A stretch of 64,000 nt of DNA from the human T2T-CHM13v2.0 reference genome, Homo sapiens: NCBI RefSeq assembly GCF_009914755.1, contig NC_060925.1. One strand, written 5' to 3'. A model generated the notes under the pieces. It was not told the DNA's origin. It saw only the letters and a list, made by a program, of their open reading frames with translations, and did no database searches. Positions 60,475 through 64,000 of the stretch are shown here, one piece after another; positions within the stretch are counted from its first letter, which is position 1; each line of letters begins with the position of its first letter. The translations under genes were made by a program, and so were the position numbers.

Positions 60475-63400
60475 ATGGAATCGTCATCGAATGAATTGAA
60501 TGCAATCATCGAATGGTCTCGAATGGAATCATCTTCTAATGGAAAGGAATGGAATCATCGCATAGAATCGAATGGAATTATCATCGAATGGAATCGAATG
60601 GTATCAACACCAAACGGAAAAAAACGGAATTATCGAATGGAATCGAAGAGAATCTTCGAACGGACCCGAATGGAATCATCTAATGGAATGGAATGGAATA
60701 ATCCATGGACTCGAATGCAATCATCATCGAATGGAATCGAATGGAATCATCGAATGGACTCGAATGGAATAATCATTGAACGGAATCGAATGGAATCATC
60801 ATCGGATGGAAACGAATGGAATCATCATCGAATGGAAATGAAAGGAGTCATCATCTAATGGAATTGCATGGAATCATCATAAAATGGAATCGAATGGAAT
60901 CAACATCAAATGGAATCAAATGGAATCATTGAACGGAATTGAATGGAATCGTCATCGAATGAATTGACTGCAATCATCGAATGGTCTCGAATGGAATCAT
61001 CTTCAAATGGAATGGAATGGAATCATCGCATAGAATCGAATGGAATTATCATCGAATGGAATGGAATGGAATCAACATCAAACGGAAAAAAACGGAATTA
61101 TCGAATGGAATCGAAGAGAATCATCGAATGGACCCGAATGGAATCATCTAATGGAATGGAATGGAATAATCCATGGACTCGAATGCAATCATCATCCAAT
61201 GGAATCGAATGGAATCATCGAATGGACTCGAATGGAATAATCATTGAACGGAATCGAATGGAATCATCATCGGATGGAAATGAATGGAATCATCATCGAA
61301 TGGAATCGAATAGAATTATGGAATGAAATCCAGTGTGATCATCATCGAATGGACCCGAATGGAATCATCATCCAACGGAAGCTAATGGAATCAACATCGA
61401 ATGAATCGAATGGAAACACCATCGAATTGAAACGAATGGAATTATCATGAAATTGAAATGGATGGACTCATCATCGAATGGATTCGAATGGAATCATCGA
61501 ATAAAATTGATTGAAATCATCATCGAATGGAATCGAATGGTATCATTGAATGGAATCGAATGGAATCATCATCAGATGGAAATGAATGGAATCGTCATAG
61601 AATGGAATCGAATGGATTCATTGAATGGAATCAGATGGAATCATCGAATGGACTGGAATGGAATCATTGAATGGACTTGAAAGGGATCATGATTGAATGG
61701 AATTGAATGGAATCATCGAATGGTCTCGATTGGAATCATTATCAAATGGAATCGAATGGAATCACCGAATAGAATCGAATGGAACAATCATCGAATGGAC
61801 TCAAATGGAATTATCCTCAAATGGAATCGAATGGAATTATCGAATGCAATCGAATGGAATTATCGAATGCAATCGAATAGAATCATCGAATGGACTCGAA
61901 TGGAATCATCGAATGGAATGGAATGGAACAGTCAATGAACACGAATGGAATCATCATTGAATGGAACCGAATGGAATCATCGAGTGGAATCGAATGGAAT
62001 TATGATCAAATGGAATCGAATGTAATCATCATCAAATGGAATCAAAAATAACCATCATCAATTGGTATTGAATGGAATTGTCATCAAATGGAATTCAAAG
62101 GAATCATCATCAAATGGAACCGAATGGAATCCTCATTGAATGGAAATGAAAGGGGTCATCATCTTATGGAATCGCATGGAATCATCATCAAATGGAATCG
62201 AATGGAATCATCATCAAATGGAATCTAATGGAATCATTGAACAGAATTGAATGGAATCGTCATCGAATGAATTGAATGCAATCATCGAATGGTCTCGAAT
62301 GGAATCATCTTCTAATGGAAAGGAATGGAATCATCGCATAGAATCGAATGGAATTATCATCGAATGGAATCGAATGGTATCAACACCAAACGGAAAAAAA
62401 CGGAATTATCGAATGGAATCGAAGAGAATCTTCGAACGGACCCGAATGGAATCATCTAATGGAATGGAATGGAATAATCCATGGACTCGAATGCAATCAT
62501 CATCGAATGGAATCGAATGGAATCATCGAATGGACTCGAATGGAATAATCATTGAAAGGAATCGAATGGAATCATCATCGGATGGAAACGAATGGAATCA
62601 TCATCGAATGGAAATGAAAGGAGTCATCATCTAATGCAATTGCATGGAATCATCATCAAATGGAATCGAATGGAATCAACATCAAATGGAATCTAATGGA
62701 ATCATTGAACAGAATTGAATGGAATCGTCATCGAATGAATTGACTGCAATCATCGAATGGTCTCGAATGGAATCATCTTCAAATGGAATGGAATGGAATC
62801 ATCGCATAGAATCGAATGGAATTATCATCGAATGGAATCGAATGGAATCAACATCAAACGGAAAAAAACGGAATTATCGAATGGAATCGAAGAGAATCAT
62901 CGAATGGACCCGAATGGAATCATCTAATGGAATGGAATGGAATAATCCATGGACTCGAATGCAATCATCATCGAATGGAATCGAATGGAATCATCGAGTG
63001 GACTCGAATGGAATAATCATTGAACGGAATCGAATGGAATCATCATCGGATGGAAATGAATGGAATCATCATCGAATGGAATCGAATAGAATTATGGAAT
63101 TAAATCCAGTGTGATCATCATCGAATGGACCCGAATGGAATCATCATCCAACGGAAGCTAATGGAATCAACATCGAATGAATCAAATGGAAACACCATCG
63201 AATTGAAACGAATGGAATTATCATGAAATTGAAATGGATGGACTCATCATCGAATGGATTCGAATGGAATCATCGAATAAAATTGATTGAAATCATCATC
63301 GAATGGAATCGAATGGTATCATTGAATGGAATCGAATGGAATCATCATCAGATGGAAATGAATGGAATCGTCATAGAATGGAATCGAATGGATTCATTGA

Positions 63401-63780
63401 ATGGAATCAGATGGAATCATCGAATGGACTGGAATGGAATCATTGAATGGACTCGAAAGGGATCATGATTGAATGGAATTGAATGGAATCATCGAATGGT
63501 CTCGATTGGAATCATTATCAAATGGAATCGAATGGAATCACCGAATAGAATCGAATGGAACAATCATCGAATGGACTCAAATGGAATTATCCTCAAATGG
63601 AATCGAATGGAATTATCGAATGCAATCGAATGGAATTATCGAATGCAATCGAATAGAATCATCGAATGGACTCGAATGGAATCATCGAATGGAATGGAAT
63701 GGAACAGTCAATGAACTCGAATGGAATCATCATTGAATGGAATCGAATGGAATCATCGAGTGGAATCGAATGGAATTATG
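60475..63780 (+). repeat. Distant near-identical copy of the 525-3830 variant haplotype
   Basis: ORF-track pattern and nine distinguishing variants recur at a constant offset of 59,950. Confidence 0.88.
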
Positions 63781-64000
63781 ATCAAATGGAATCGAATGTA
63801 ATCATCATCAAATGGAATCAAAAATAACCATCATCAATTGGTATTGAATGGAATTGTCATCAAATGGAATTCAAAGGAATCATCATCAAATGGAACCGAA
63901 TGGAATCCTCATTGAATGGAAATGAAAGGGGTCATCATCTAATGGAATCGCATGGAATCATCATCAAATGGAATCGAATGGAATCATCATCAAATGGAAT

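Larger units (their letters stand above)
1..64000 (+). repeat. Human satellite II (HSat2/HSATII) tandem array, 1776-bp unit, probably chr1q12 (D1Z1 / HSat2A type)
   Basis: Continuous GGAAT/CGAAT/CATCAT-derived sequence with very dense TCGA, in one orientation throughout. Landmarks recur every 1776 bp (525, 2301, 4077; 13307, 15083, 16859; EcoRI GAATTC at 365 and 2141). The family call is firm. The chromosome assignment rests on the known ~1.77 kb EcoRI unit and is less certain. Confidence 0.96.

Noticed and set aside
4-63736. About 240 short + strand ORFs (60-163 aa; MESSSNGIEWNHR-like)
   Set aside because: They are translations of the GGAAT/CGAAT repeat in overlapping frames, low complexity, and freely broken by nonsense changes and frameshifts between copies. 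There is no evidence of coding constraint. The + strand bias follows from frequent TCA (TGA on the minus strand).
1-64000. CRISPR-like or other repeat-spacer array
   Set aside because: There are no unique spacers; all intervening sequence is itself satellite, and no cas or other genes are present.
1-64000. HSat3 (e.g. DYZ1 or chr9) assignment
   Set aside because: Perfect GGAAT runs are only ~3 units long. The dominant CATCATCGAATGGAATCGAATGG 23/26-bp pattern is diagnostic of HSat2.
1-64000. Inversion or transposon (Alu/L1) insertion
   Set aside because: No CATTCC/ATTCGATG-oriented tract, poly-A tail or non-satellite sequence was seen on reading through.

Overview
The whole 64 kb window is one uninterrupted, single-orientation array of human satellite II (HSat2/HSATII), with the purine-rich GGAAT/CGAAT strand as +. 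Degenerate 23- and 26-bp units (e.g. ATCGAATGGAATCGAATGGAATC[ATC]) build a 1776-bp repeat that normally carries one EcoRI site. This matches the ~1.77 kb chromosome 1q12 pericentromeric satellite (D1Z1/pUC1.77 type); the assignment is from recall, not alignment. I see no genes, RNA genes, transposon insertions, inversions or CRISPR arrays, and all listed ORFs are artefacts of the repeat. I did not find a new gene system. The interest lies in the array's recorded evolution: a nested 468-bp module whose copy number varies from 1 to 4 per unit, a recent 6391-bp tandem duplication, a ~3.3 kb variant haplotype repeated 59,950 bp away, recurrent deletion junctions, a divergent module class with a chimeric derivative whose two parents are both present, and length-neutral conversion-like events. 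Periods were derived by hand from ORF-track offsets and spot-checked in the sequence; boundaries are approximate.
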